A stretch of DNA of 32,000 bases from Candidatus Iainarchaeum sp. GTDB taxonomy: Archaea > Iainarchaeota > Iainarchaeia > Iainarchaeales > JACQJH01. The stretch spans positions 360,001-392,000 of the forward strand of contig JACQJH010000002.1 of assembly GCA_016205145.1 (NCBI GenBank). The letters run 5' to 3'. This document shows positions 1-8,285 of this stretch, piece after piece; the stretch's first letter is position 1; every line of letters starts with the position of its first letter. The translations under genes and the position numbers were made by a program. Below the pieces are notes generated by a model that saw only the letters and a program-made list of their open reading frames with translations, did not search any database and was not told the origin of the DNA.

Positions 1-103
1 GGACGACAGCAAAACCATGAAAGCAATCGGCAAAATTCTTTTCGACAAAAACATCAGGAATCCTCCGGAACAAATTATTCCAATTTTGATGCAAATAAAA
101 TGA
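1..103 (+). CDS. 3' end of an unidentified CDS entering from the left edge (...DDSKTMKAIGKILFDKNIRNPPEQIIPILMQIK*)
   Basis: Frame 2 is open from the window edge to TGA at 101-103. It is too short to identify and absent from the ORF track because of its length. Confidence 0.25.
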   Translation, partial: DDSKTMKAIGKILFDKNIRNPPEQIIPILMQIK

Positions 104-177
104 ACCAAAAAAAAGAAAAGGGCGGAGGAAGGGAAAAAAAGCCTTCCAGCCAGCCTTTTTGGGATTGTGAGGTGTCC

Positions 178-205
178 AAAAAAGCAACCTATACATATAG
201 GCTGC
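178..205 (-). terminator. Hairpin plus U-run downstream of gatB
   Basis: The minus strand reads GCAGCCTATA-TG-TATAGGTTGC, a 10-bp stem with one G-U pair, followed by TTTTTT (plus-strand A-run 178-183). It lies about 60 nt after the gatB stop at 266. Confidence 0.5.
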
Positions 206-265
206 CGGGCGCTTATAAAGGAGTTTTGGTACAATTTATGCCCTGGTACAAAAACCGGAATTTGC

Positions 266-2122
266 CTATTTGAGCAGTTTGGCGAATTTTTCCCCGAGCT
301 GCTTTGCGTCGGCCTTTCCGCGCAGTTCGCGCATCGCCAATCCGACCAGGAAGTTCAAGGCCTTTTCCCCGCCATTTTTGTAGTCTGCCGCGGCGGCAGG
401 GTTTGCCGCGACAACCCTTGCTATTGCCGCATCAACATCCCCCGAGCCGGCGTCCTTCAGCAAATCGTTCTTTTTGAGGAAATCCAGCGGCTCGGCTTTT
501 TCATTGACGTACGCAATCATCGCTTCCTTGGCGTTCTTTTCTGAAACTTTTCCCTGTTCGAGCAGGCGCAGTAGCCCCGCAATCTTGGCTGGTTCAAGGT
601 TCAGCCGCTTCAGGTCTAGGCCCGAGCGGTTTGCGATTGCAAGAAGCTCGCGAGTCAGGAAAGAGGCTGCAAGCTTTGGCTCAACGCCTTTCGCTGTTTC
701 CTCGAACAGCCTTCCAAGCGTTGCGTCGGATGAAAGCACTTTTGCCGTATAATCGTCCAATCCGAATTCCCTGCCGAAGCGCCCCGCCTTATTGGAATGC
801 AGTTCCGGCAGGCCTTTCTTGATTTCATGCAGTTCCGCTTCCAAAACAACGGTTTTGACCAGGTCGGAATCAAAAATATAGCCGTAGTCGTCCTCGGTTT
901 CCTTCAGCCTCAGCCTTTTCGTCACAAGGCCTTTCTCGTCAAACGACCTTGTTTCCCTTTCAACTTTTTTCCCCGCTGACAGAACCTTTCTCTGCCTCGC
1001 AATCTCGAATTCTAGGGCCTTTTCGACAAACCGGAAGCCGGAAATGTTCTTGACTTCGACGCGCTCGGAACCCTCGATTGAGGCGTTCGAATCGACTTTC
1101 AAAGTGTTCTTTCCCTGCTCGAAAACTTCCAGGTATTCGAGCATTTTGAGCAGTTCGTCCAGGAATTCGCGCGTTTCCTCCGGCTTTCCGAAATCCGGTT
1201 CCGTGACAATCTCGCACAGCGGAATGCCGGAACGGTTGTAGTCGATAAGGGAATAGGCCGAGCCGTGAATGCCGCCCTCGTGCACCAATGCCGCGGGATC
1301 CTCTTCCAGGTGGATGCGCCTTATGCGGATGGTTTTGCCGGATGGCAGCTTTACACTGCCGTTCTCCCCGACCGGAATCTCGAACTGCGTTATCTGGTAG
1401 TCCTTCGCCAGGTCGGGATAAAAGTATGTCTTGCGGCTGAAAAAAAATTCATTGTTGACCCTGCAGCCCAGTGCAAGGCAAAGCTTCAATGCAAAGTCGA
1501 CGGCTTTCCTGTTCAGGACCGGCTTGCTGCCCGGCATGCCAAGACAGGTTTCACAGCAATGCGAATTCGGCTCAGCTTCGGCAGTGGAACAGCCGCAGAA
1601 AAGCTTTGACTGCGTGTCCAGCTGCACGTGCACTTCTAGGCCCATGACTGGCGCGGGCCCGGAAACCTGTTCAACCGAATAATTGTCAACTGCATTGAGC
1701 AGTTTTTGCGGCGCAATTATTATGCCCGCGGTTTCAATTCCGGCATTGAAGCTTATCTCATTGTTTGAAAACAATGGTTTGTCGAAAATTTTTTTCACGC
1801 CATCAATCACGGGCGGGACGAGGCCTACAACGCAGCCGGTGTGCTTTTCGACTTCCTCGGAACTTGCAAGCCGGACAAGCTTTGCATTCGCGATTTGCAC
1901 CAGCCTTTTCTCGTCAACGCTCCGGTCACCGGACAGGACAACCAGCAACGGCTTTCCGTCCACGATGTACAGCAGGGTCTTGGCAATCTGCCTGAGCTGC
2001 ACGCCCCTGACACGCGCACTGTCAACCGGTTTCCTGGCGGGCGCGTGCTCCAAAAACCTGAACTGCAGGCCTTTGCCTTCAAGCCAGCCTTTCACCCATG
2101 CGCCCTGCTTCTGCCCTTGCAT
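266..2122 (-). CDS. gatB: Asp/Glu-tRNA amidotransferase subunit B fused to an N-terminal YbaK/ProX-type aminoacyl-tRNA deacylase domain
   Basis: 618-aa ORF with ATG at 2120-2122. Residues ~160-618 are GatB: MGLEVHVQLDTQSKLFCGCS, and a YqeY-like tail NFLVGLAMRELRGKADAKQL. Residues 1-~155 look like the YbaK/INS editing fold: IAKTLLYIVDGKPLLVVLSGDRSVDEKRL and HTGCVVGLVPP. There is no stop codon between the two parts. Confidence 0.9.
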   Translation of the reverse strand: MQGQKQGAWVKGWLEGKGLQFRFLEHAPARKPVDSARVRGVQLRQIAKTLLYIVDGKPLLVVLSGDRSVDEKRLVQIANAKLVRLASSEEVEKHTGCVVGLVPPVIDGVKKIFDKPLFSNNEISFNAGIETAGIIIAPQKLLNAVDNYSVEQVSGPAPVMGLEVHVQLDTQSKLFCGCSTAEAEPNSHCCETCLGMPGSKPVLNRKAVDFALKLCLALGCRVNNEFFFSRKTYFYPDLAKDYQITQFEIPVGENGSVKLPSGKTIRIRRIHLEEDPAALVHEGGIHGSAYSLIDYNRSGIPLCEIVTEPDFGKPEETREFLDELLKMLEYLEVFEQGKNTLKVDSNASIEGSERVEVKNISGFRFVEKALEFEIARQRKVLSAGKKVERETRSFDEKGLVTKRLRLKETEDDYGYIFDSDLVKTVVLEAELHEIKKGLPELHSNKAGRFGREFGLDDYTAKVLSSDATLGRLFEETAKGVEPKLAASFLTRELLAIANRSGLDLKRLNLEPAKIAGLLRLLEQGKVSEKNAKEAMIAYVNEKAEPLDFLKKNDLLKDAGSGDVDAAIARVVAANPAAAADYKNGGEKALNFLVGLAMRELRGKADAKQLGEKFAKLLK

Positions 2123-2125
2123 AAA

Positions 2126-2908
2126 TCATCCCTTCAGGTCAAATTTTTTGTAAAACGCTTCAGTGACTTTCCCGTTCGACGCGAAAACAAAGCTGTCGCC
2201 AGGCTTCCACTCCAATCCTTTTTCGTTCAAGACCTTTCCGCCGGCTTCCCGCACAATGACGGCGGCCGCGCAGATGTCCCACGGCTTGAGGCCGAAGCAC
2301 CAGAAAAACTCGCTTTTCCCTTCCCCTACACTGCAGATGTCCAAGGCCGCGGAGCCAAGCACATGCAATGATGCAACCTCCGAATTGAATCTGCGAAAAT
2401 TTTCAGTGTTCTGTAACGGCTTTCCGTAGCGCCTTCCCGGAAAACCCGTGCGGGCAAATGCATCGCCCATGCGCGAAATTTCCGACACAAAAATCTTTTT
2501 CGAATTCAAAAAAGCGCCTTTCCCCTTTTCCGCCGTGAAAACCTTTCCAAGCTGGGGCGCGAGCACCACACCCAAAACCGGCCGGTACGCTTCAACAAGC
2601 GCGACGCAAATGCAATGATGTTCAAAACCGCGCGAAAAATTGTGCGTGCCGTCAATCGGATCCACAACCCAAACTTTGCCGGAAAAATCGTCGTGCTTTG
2701 ATGAAAACTCTTCTGCACAGAAAACCGCATGCGGAAAATCCTTTTTTATTACGGACATTATTTTCTTTTCAGCCTCAAGGTCTGCCTCGGTGACTATCTC
2801 CTTTTCGGTCTTCATGCGCGACACCGCGTTTCCAAAAAAATTTTTCACGATCTTTCCAGCTTCCTTCGCCGCCTTCAGCGCGGTTTTCATTTCAGTTGTA
2901 TAAGTCAC
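2126..2908 (-). CDS. Inositol monophosphatase / FBPase family protein
   Basis: Motifs WVVDPIDGTHNF and KPWDICAAAVIVREAGG. The upstream part of the 310-aa track ORF overlaps gatA and is rejected. The preferred start is GTG at 2906-2908, with GGAGG 7 nt upstream and a GTGA overlap with the gatA stop. The alternative start is ATG at 2890. Confidence 0.8.
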   Translation of the reverse strand: MTYTTEMKTALKAAKEAGKIVKNFFGNAVSRMKTEKEIVTEADLEAEKKIMSVIKKDFPHAVFCAEEFSSKHDDFSGKVWVVDPIDGTHNFSRGFEHHCICVALVEAYRPVLGVVLAPQLGKVFTAEKGKGAFLNSKKIFVSEISRMGDAFARTGFPGRRYGKPLQNTENFRRFNSEVASLHVLGSAALDICSVGEGKSEFFWCFGLKPWDICAAAVIVREAGGKVLNEKGLEWKPGDSFVFASNGKVTEAFYKKFDLKG

Positions 2909-4362
2909 TTTACCGCCTCCGCGCTTGAAGCAAGGCTGAAAAGCGTTTTTTCCTGCAGGTGATTTGCCATGAGCATCATGCCGACCGGCAGGCCATTTGA
3001 GAATCCGGCATTGACGGAAACGTGCGGTATGCCGGCCAGATTCGCGGGAACCGTGCACAGGTCCATGGCATAGTTTTGCATCGGAGACAATTTTTCGATT
3101 TCAGAAAACTTGGGCGCAATTACCGGCATTGTAGGGCAGAGCAGTGCGTCGAATTCCTTGAAGGATTTCTTGAATTCCGCAATCAGTCTGGTGCGCACCT
3201 TCATCGCCTTGAGGTAATAAGCATCGCGGTAGCCGGACATCCTGGCAAACGTTCCAAGGATTATGCGGCGCTTTGCCTCTTCTCCAAAATGTTTGCTCCG
3301 CACTTTCGAAAAATATTCGTCGAAGTTGCCTTCAAGGCTTTCCTGGCAGCCGTAGCGGATGCCGCAGTATTTTGCGAGGTTGGTCGAGGCCTCGGAAACC
3401 GCAATCAGGTAATACGTGGAAACTCCGAACTCCGAGTTCAACGGCAGTGAAACCTCGCCCACTTTCGCGCCGTTTTCCTTCAGCCGGTCAACGCCCTGCA
3501 TGACAACGGATTTGACTTTTTCGTCAATGCCTTTTCCGAAAAATTCCTTCACAAGCCCTACCTTCAATCCCTTCACGCTTTTTCCGGCGGCAGCCAAAAA
3601 ATTTTCCGCGGGCTCGTTCAGCGAAGTCGAATCGTTTTTGTCGTGGCCCGCAATGCATTCAAGCATCAGCGCGGCGTCTTCGACGGTTTTCGCCATGGGG
3701 CCGATTTTGTCAAGCGAATTCGCATAATCCAGCAGGCCGTACCTTGAAACCCTGCCATAGGTAGGGCAAAAGCCGACAACGCCGTTGAATGAAGCCGGTG
3801 CCTCAATGCTGCCGCCCGTGCTCTCGCCGATTGAAACGTGCGCATGCTCTGTCAGGGCAGTGAAGCCTCCGCTTCCGCCGCTGCTTCCGCCGCACGACCG
3901 CGTTTCGTCAAAAGGGTTTTTTGGAACTTCAAAGCCGAGGCCTGTGTTCACGCTGAAAGTGCCGAAACCGAATTCGTCCTGCACGGTCTTACCGATTATG
4001 ACTGCGCCTTCAACTTTCGCCCGCGCAATGCAGGCCGCGTCAAACAACGGCTTGTAGCCGGAAAGAATGCGGCTCCCCGCCCTAGTCTCAACGCCTTTCA
4101 CGCACAGGCAGTCCTTCACTGAAACCGGCAGGCCGAAAAGCTTTCCTTTGGCCCCGCCATCCTTTCGCGCCTTGTCAAGCAGTTTTGCCTGCTCCAAAGC
4201 CTCTTTTTCGGAGACAACGCAGAAATGGCGGAATTTTTTGTTCGATTTTTTTATTTCTTCGAGGATTTTGTGCGTGTGCTCTTCAACCGAAACATTGCCA
4301 CGCAAAGCGTCTGAAACGAATTCCCTTGCGGACTGCGGTTTCCTTGTTTTCAATCGCACCAC
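2905..4362 (-). CDS. gatA: Asp/Glu-tRNA amidotransferase subunit A (amidase signature family)
   Basis: 485 aa with GLPVSVKDCLCVKGVETRAGSRIL and the amidase signature CGGSSGGSGG. The start is GTG (4360-4362), and no upstream or nearby ATG exists in frame. Confidence 0.9.
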   Translation of the reverse strand: MVRLKTRKPQSAREFVSDALRGNVSVEEHTHKILEEIKKSNKKFRHFCVVSEKEALEQAKLLDKARKDGGAKGKLFGLPVSVKDCLCVKGVETRAGSRILSGYKPLFDAACIARAKVEGAVIIGKTVQDEFGFGTFSVNTGLGFEVPKNPFDETRSCGGSSGGSGGFTALTEHAHVSIGESTGGSIEAPASFNGVVGFCPTYGRVSRYGLLDYANSLDKIGPMAKTVEDAALMLECIAGHDKNDSTSLNEPAENFLAAAGKSVKGLKVGLVKEFFGKGIDEKVKSVVMQGVDRLKENGAKVGEVSLPLNSEFGVSTYYLIAVSEASTNLAKYCGIRYGCQESLEGNFDEYFSKVRSKHFGEEAKRRIILGTFARMSGYRDAYYLKAMKVRTRLIAEFKKSFKEFDALLCPTMPVIAPKFSEIEKLSPMQNYAMDLCTVPANLAGIPHVSVNAGFSNGLPVGMMLMANHLQEKTLFSLASSAEAVK

Positions 4363-4368
4363 GTTTGT

Positions 4369-4944
4369 TCAGCGGATTTTCGCCTTGAGGCCCTTCCACC
4401 ACACGCCGTCAGACTTCATTGCCTCTTTGAAGATTTTTTTCGCGCTATCCGTTTTGAGTTCCTTTCCCGCGCGCTCAAACCATTCCACGCATTTTTTGTA
4501 GCCGTTGTCGAAATACTCTTTTCCCTGCAATGCAACTTCCAGAAGGTCAGCGTCCTTTGCAATTATCGCCTCAGCCGTTTTCTGCGCATTGAATTCCCGG
4601 AATAGTGCAAGCAGTCCCGTGCCGATGTCCTCCGGCAATTGTTCCGACTGGTGCCTTGCCGCAAGGTCTTCGGCTTCGGTCGAATCAATGTAATGCTGTG
4701 CGACCTTATGCAGATCGGTTACCCTCGCCTCGGGCATGTCATGGAAAACGCTCATTGCCGCGGCCTTATCCGCATCTGCCCCTTCAAGCTTCGCCAAAAC
4801 GAATGCAATCAATGCCGTGCGGTGCGAGTGCTCGGCGATGCTTTCAGGATTGTCAATTCCGGCAACCCACCAGCCCGAGCGCTTCTTGTATTTCAAGGCG
4901 CCCGCCTCGAAAAAATAGTCCGCGATTTTTTTGTAGTCCGGCAA
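4369..4944 (-). CDS. HD-domain phosphohydrolase (YfbR-like 5'-nucleotidase family)
   Basis: 191 aa with ESIAEHSHRTALIAFVL and FHDMPEARVTDL (an H...HD...D pattern). The TTG start abuts the gatC stop (TGATTG). GGTG lies 6 nt upstream inside the gatC 3' end. Confidence 0.75.
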   Translation of the reverse strand: MPDYKKIADYFFEAGALKYKKRSGWWVAGIDNPESIAEHSHRTALIAFVLAKLEGADADKAAAMSVFHDMPEARVTDLHKVAQHYIDSTEAEDLAARHQSEQLPEDIGTGLLALFREFNAQKTAEAIIAKDADLLEVALQGKEYFDNGYKKCVEWFERAGKELKTDSAKKIFKEAMKSDGVWWKGLKAKIR

Positions 4945-5238
4945 TCACACCACCTTCGGGCCCCTGAAATAGCCGTCCTTTTTGTGCCTTGCGTTGGACA
5001 GCGCGTCTTCCTGTGAAAGGCTTTCCTCAACCTTGTCCTCGCGGAAAACGTTTTTAAGCGGCAAAGGCTGGAACGAAGGCTGCTCTTTTGAAACGTCGAG
5101 CGTGTCAAGCTTCGAGAATGCCTCAACGATTTCCTGCAGCTGGGGAAGGAATTTTTTCGCTTCCGCGGCGGTCAGGTTTAACCGCGCATTTTTTGCGACC
5201 TTCAGAAGAAGCGCATTGTCAACTTTCGGCTTTGGCAT
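4945..5238 (-). CDS. gatC: Asp/Glu-tRNA amidotransferase subunit C
   Basis: 97 aa: MPKPKVDNALLLKVAKNARLNLTAAEAKKF...NVFREDKV...GYFRGPKVV. ATG at 5236-5238; the track ORF starts 2 codons upstream at a TTG. Confidence 0.85.
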   Translation of the reverse strand: MPKPKVDNALLLKVAKNARLNLTAAEAKKFLPQLQEIVEAFSKLDTLDVSKEQPSFQPLPLKNVFREDKVEESLSQEDALSNARHKKDGYFRGPKVV

Positions 5239-5262
5239 AGACAAAAGTGTAGCTTGAAAATG

Positions 5263-5270
5263 TTTAAAAA
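5263..5270 (-). promoter_or_regulatory. TATA-like box (TTTTTAAA) upstream of gatC
   Basis: The minus strand reads GGTTTTTAAACA 25-32 nt upstream of the gatC ATG. The same TTTTTAAA motif recurs upstream of nop5 (21381-21388). Confidence 0.4.
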
Positions 5271-5280
5271 CCAGAAACAG

Positions 5281-7071
5281 TCAGGCCTTATCCTTTTTGC
5301 CCGGAAGGCCTTCTTCGAGGTCGAGCTTTATGCTCAGCTCTTTGAGTTGCCTTGCACTGACTTCGCTTGGCGCGTTGTCCATCATTGAAATGCAGGCCTT
5401 GTTTTTCGGAAAGGCTATCACTTCGCGGATGCTTTCGTTGCCTGTAACCATTGCAACCAGCCTGTCAAGGCCGAAGGCTATTCCACCATGCGGCGGGGCG
5501 CCGTATTTGAAGGCTTCCAGCAAAAAGCCGAATTTTTTCTGCGCATCCTCCCGCGATATTTTGAGGATGTCGAAGATTTTTGACTGCAGTTCCTGCGAGT
5601 AAATCCTGAAACTGCCGCCGCCGAGCTCGACGCCGTTCACTGCAAGGTCGTACGCCATTGCCTTTGCCTTTTCCGGAGACCTGTCAAGCAAAGCTATGTC
5701 CTCTTTTCTCGGCGAAGTGAAAGGGTGGTGCATGGCATTCCACCTCTGCTCTTCCTCGCTCCACTCGAACATCGGAAAATCGGTTATCCAGACGAATTTG
5801 AAGTCATCGGGTTTCACAAGCTTCAGTTCATCGCGCAAATGCAGCCTTAACGCGGACAATGAATCGGAAACGATTTTTTCCGGCCCCGCGACAATGAGCA
5901 GGAGGTCGCCTTCCTTTGCCTGCAGTTTTTGTGCGATTGCATCCAGGATTTTTTTGTCAAAAAACTTTGAAACCTGCGAGTCCAATCCTTCCCTGGTGAC
6001 CTTTGCAGTAACGAGGCCTTTTGCCTTGAAGACTTTCGCCGTTTCCTCGAGTGTTTTAAGCTGGGATTTTGAAAAGTTTGCGCAGCCGCTTGCATTGATG
6101 CCCTTCACTTTGCCGCCGTTGCGCAGAATGCTTTTGAATACCTCGAAATTGCCTTTGCCTGCTTCCTCTGAAATGTCCGCAAGCTCGAGGCCGAACCTTG
6201 TGTCCGGCTTATCGCTTCCAAACCTAGACATTGCCTCGTCAAAGGTCATGCGCGGGAAAGGCGTTTTCACGCCGATTCCGAGCGAGGTTTTCCAAACGGC
6301 TTTCACCATGCCTTCCATTATTGAAAAGAATTCCTCGCGCTCGGGAAACGACATTTCCAGGTCGATTTGCGTGAATTCCGGCTGCCTGTCCGCCCTCAAA
6401 TCCTCGTCGCGGAAGCATTTTGCGACCTGGAAATAGCGGTCGAAGCCTGCAACCATCGACAACTGCTTGAACAGCTGCGGACTCTGCGGCAGGGCAAAAA
6501 ACTTTCCGGCATGCACCCTGCTCGGAACAAGATAGTCGCGCGCTCCCTCCGGAGTCGACTTCGCCAGGACAGGGGTTTCGATTTCAATGAAGCCCAAAGC
6601 GTCAAAATAGTCCCTGACTGTTTTCACTACGCGGTGCCGCATAATGAGGTTTTTCTGCATTTCCGGCTTGCGCAAATCCAAATAGCGGTATTTCAGCCGC
6701 ATGTCCTCGTTGACAGGAATCCTTGACTCGATCGGAAAAGGCAGTGCCTCGCTTTCGTTCAGTATTTCAACGGTGTCGGCGACGATTTCAATGCGGCCCG
6801 TCGGAATTTTCGGGTTTTCCGTGCCATTCGGCCGCTCCGCGACCGTTCCCTGCACTGAAACGACAAACTCGTCTTTCAGCTTTGCCGCAACTTCATGCGC
6901 CTTTTTGTTCACTTCGGGATTGAAGACGACCTGCGTTGTCCCGTACCTGTCGCGCACGTCAACAAAAGTGAGGCTGCCGTGGTCGCGCCTCGTTGCAATC
7001 CAGCCGTTCAAAACGACCTTCTTGCCCACGCTTTTTTCGTCAAGCCCGCCGCAGGTATGCGTCCGTTTCAT
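5281..7071 (-). CDS. aspS: Aspartyl-tRNA synthetase, bacterial-type (with GAD insertion domain)
   Basis: 596 aa with FALPQSPQLFKQL, FRDEDLRADRQPEFTQID, SDKPDTRFG, FVWITDFPMFEW, HHPFTSP and GGIAFGLDRL. The length and the large insertion between motifs 2 and 3 are the bacterial architecture. Confidence 0.9.
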   Translation of the reverse strand: MKRTHTCGGLDEKSVGKKVVLNGWIATRRDHGSLTFVDVRDRYGTTQVVFNPEVNKKAHEVAAKLKDEFVVSVQGTVAERPNGTENPKIPTGRIEIVADTVEILNESEALPFPIESRIPVNEDMRLKYRYLDLRKPEMQKNLIMRHRVVKTVRDYFDALGFIEIETPVLAKSTPEGARDYLVPSRVHAGKFFALPQSPQLFKQLSMVAGFDRYFQVAKCFRDEDLRADRQPEFTQIDLEMSFPEREEFFSIMEGMVKAVWKTSLGIGVKTPFPRMTFDEAMSRFGSDKPDTRFGLELADISEEAGKGNFEVFKSILRNGGKVKGINASGCANFSKSQLKTLEETAKVFKAKGLVTAKVTREGLDSQVSKFFDKKILDAIAQKLQAKEGDLLLIVAGPEKIVSDSLSALRLHLRDELKLVKPDDFKFVWITDFPMFEWSEEEQRWNAMHHPFTSPRKEDIALLDRSPEKAKAMAYDLAVNGVELGGGSFRIYSQELQSKIFDILKISREDAQKKFGFLLEAFKYGAPPHGGIAFGLDRLVAMVTGNESIREVIAFPKNKACISMMDNAPSEVSARQLKELSIKLDLEEGLPGKKDKA

Positions 7072-7150
7072 GAAAATCCGACTACAATTTCTCGCAAAAA
7101 GGGCTTTTAAAGGTTTTCAGAGCGCGTGCCCGCGCGCACTAATGCCTGCG

Positions 7151-8149
7151 CTAAGCGAACTCCGCCATCGTCTTCTGGCCTTTCTTGGACAAGGGCCTTG
7201 CCGGAACCCCCAGCCGTCTTTGCACAAAGCCAGCGAATTCCTTTTCAAAGCCGTGCATTGTCAGAACGAGTTTCGGCGAGCATTGCTTCACGTATTCAAG
7301 CAAACCATTGAAGTCCGCGTGGTCGGACAACGGAAAAGTCTTGTCAAAAAAGCCCCTGTGCTGCCAGCCCGTGCAGAAAGCGGAAACCACTTTTTTGCCG
7401 GTTGAAAATTCCAGCGCCTGGAACAATTGCGGGCTTGCAAGCGAGGGCGGCAGGATCAGCACATTCGAGTCCTTGAGGTTGTGGTCAAGCTTCAGGTATT
7501 CACCGAGCTTGACGCCGCATTGCCCGTAAACCTCGTTGTTGCCGAAAACCGATTCGTGCACCAAAGGCGTCTGCTTCGAATAATTGTTCACGGTCGCAGT
7601 GAGTTCCTGCGCCTTGCCCGCCGCATACCCTGCCAGCACGACAAACCTGTTTTTTTCCGCGTTCTCGTCAACCCATTTTCCGATGTCCGCGTAAACCTTT
7701 TCCCTGTCGGGAAAAGAATACTGGGGCAGGCCGAAAGTCGTTTCCATCACCAGGACATCGGCCTTGAGCACTTCAGCGCCTTGCTGGATCAGGGAATCCT
7801 GAAATTTGAAATCGGATGTGAAGGCAATGCTTGAACCGTTTTCCATCAGCACCTGGCTTCCGCCGAGGATGTGGCCGGAGTTGTGCAGGCTCACTTCGAA
7901 GCCGTTTATGTCAAACTTTTTTTTGAAAGCCATTCCCTCAAGCCTTGCAGTGCCGGCTTTTTTGTAAATGTTTTTCACCAATGCAAGGGTTTCATTTGAC
8001 ATCAGGAAACGCGTTTTTTTGTTCAGGGAAACGTGGTCGGAATGGCAGTGTGAAATCACAGCCGTTTCCGTTTTCGGCGACCTGTGGGGGTCGATGACGA
8101 ATTCCTTTCCCGGTTCTATGGCTATGCCGTTGTCGAAAACAAGCTGCAT
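7151..8149 (-). CDS. Short-form metallo-beta-lactamase / beta-CASP nuclease
   Basis: 332 aa from ATG 8147-8149, with HCHSDH, GHILGGS, VMETTFG, LSDHAD and TMHGF motifs. The TTG at 8182 used by the track abuts a TATA-like CCTTTAAATT (8184-8192), so it is unlikely to be translated. Confidence 0.75.
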   Translation of the reverse strand: MQLVFDNGIAIEPGKEFVIDPHRSPKTETAVISHCHSDHVSLNKKTRFLMSNETLALVKNIYKKAGTARLEGMAFKKKFDINGFEVSLHNSGHILGGSQVLMENGSSIAFTSDFKFQDSLIQQGAEVLKADVLVMETTFGLPQYSFPDREKVYADIGKWVDENAEKNRFVVLAGYAAGKAQELTATVNNYSKQTPLVHESVFGNNEVYGQCGVKLGEYLKLDHNLKDSNVLILPPSLASPQLFQALEFSTGKKVVSAFCTGWQHRGFFDKTFPLSDHADFNGLLEYVKQCSPKLVLTMHGFEKEFAGFVQRRLGVPARPLSKKGQKTMAEFA

Positions 8150-8285
8150 GTTGGAAGGCCTGGAAAGAATAGGCGCTTCCAAAATTTAAAGGCGACGGGC
8201 AAGGCGAAAAAAAAGCCCCGGACCGGCAGGCGCAAGAATTTAAACCAAAAAAGGCATTATTGTAACCGCTTTTGCGGGTTTTTGC

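Noticed and set aside
104-177. A purine-rich stretch (AAAAAAAAGAAAAGGGCGGAGGAAGGGAAAAAAAGCC...), considered as an ncRNA or repeat.
   Set aside because: No secondary structure or repeat unit is evident. It is most simply a spacer between two convergent genes.
2909-3058. N-terminal extension of the IMPase-family ORF in the 310-aa track entry.
   Set aside because: It overlaps the well-supported gatA 3' end in another frame and translates to Arg/Gly/His-rich junk. A GTG with GGAGG at 7 nt (2908) or the ATG at 2890 gives a normal IMPase N-terminus.
7119-7142. A GC-rich stretch (AGCGCGTGCCCGCGCGCACT) between aspS and the beta-CASP gene, considered as a terminator hairpin.
   Set aside because: Only a 4-bp stem (GTGC/GCAC) can be drawn, and no T-run follows.
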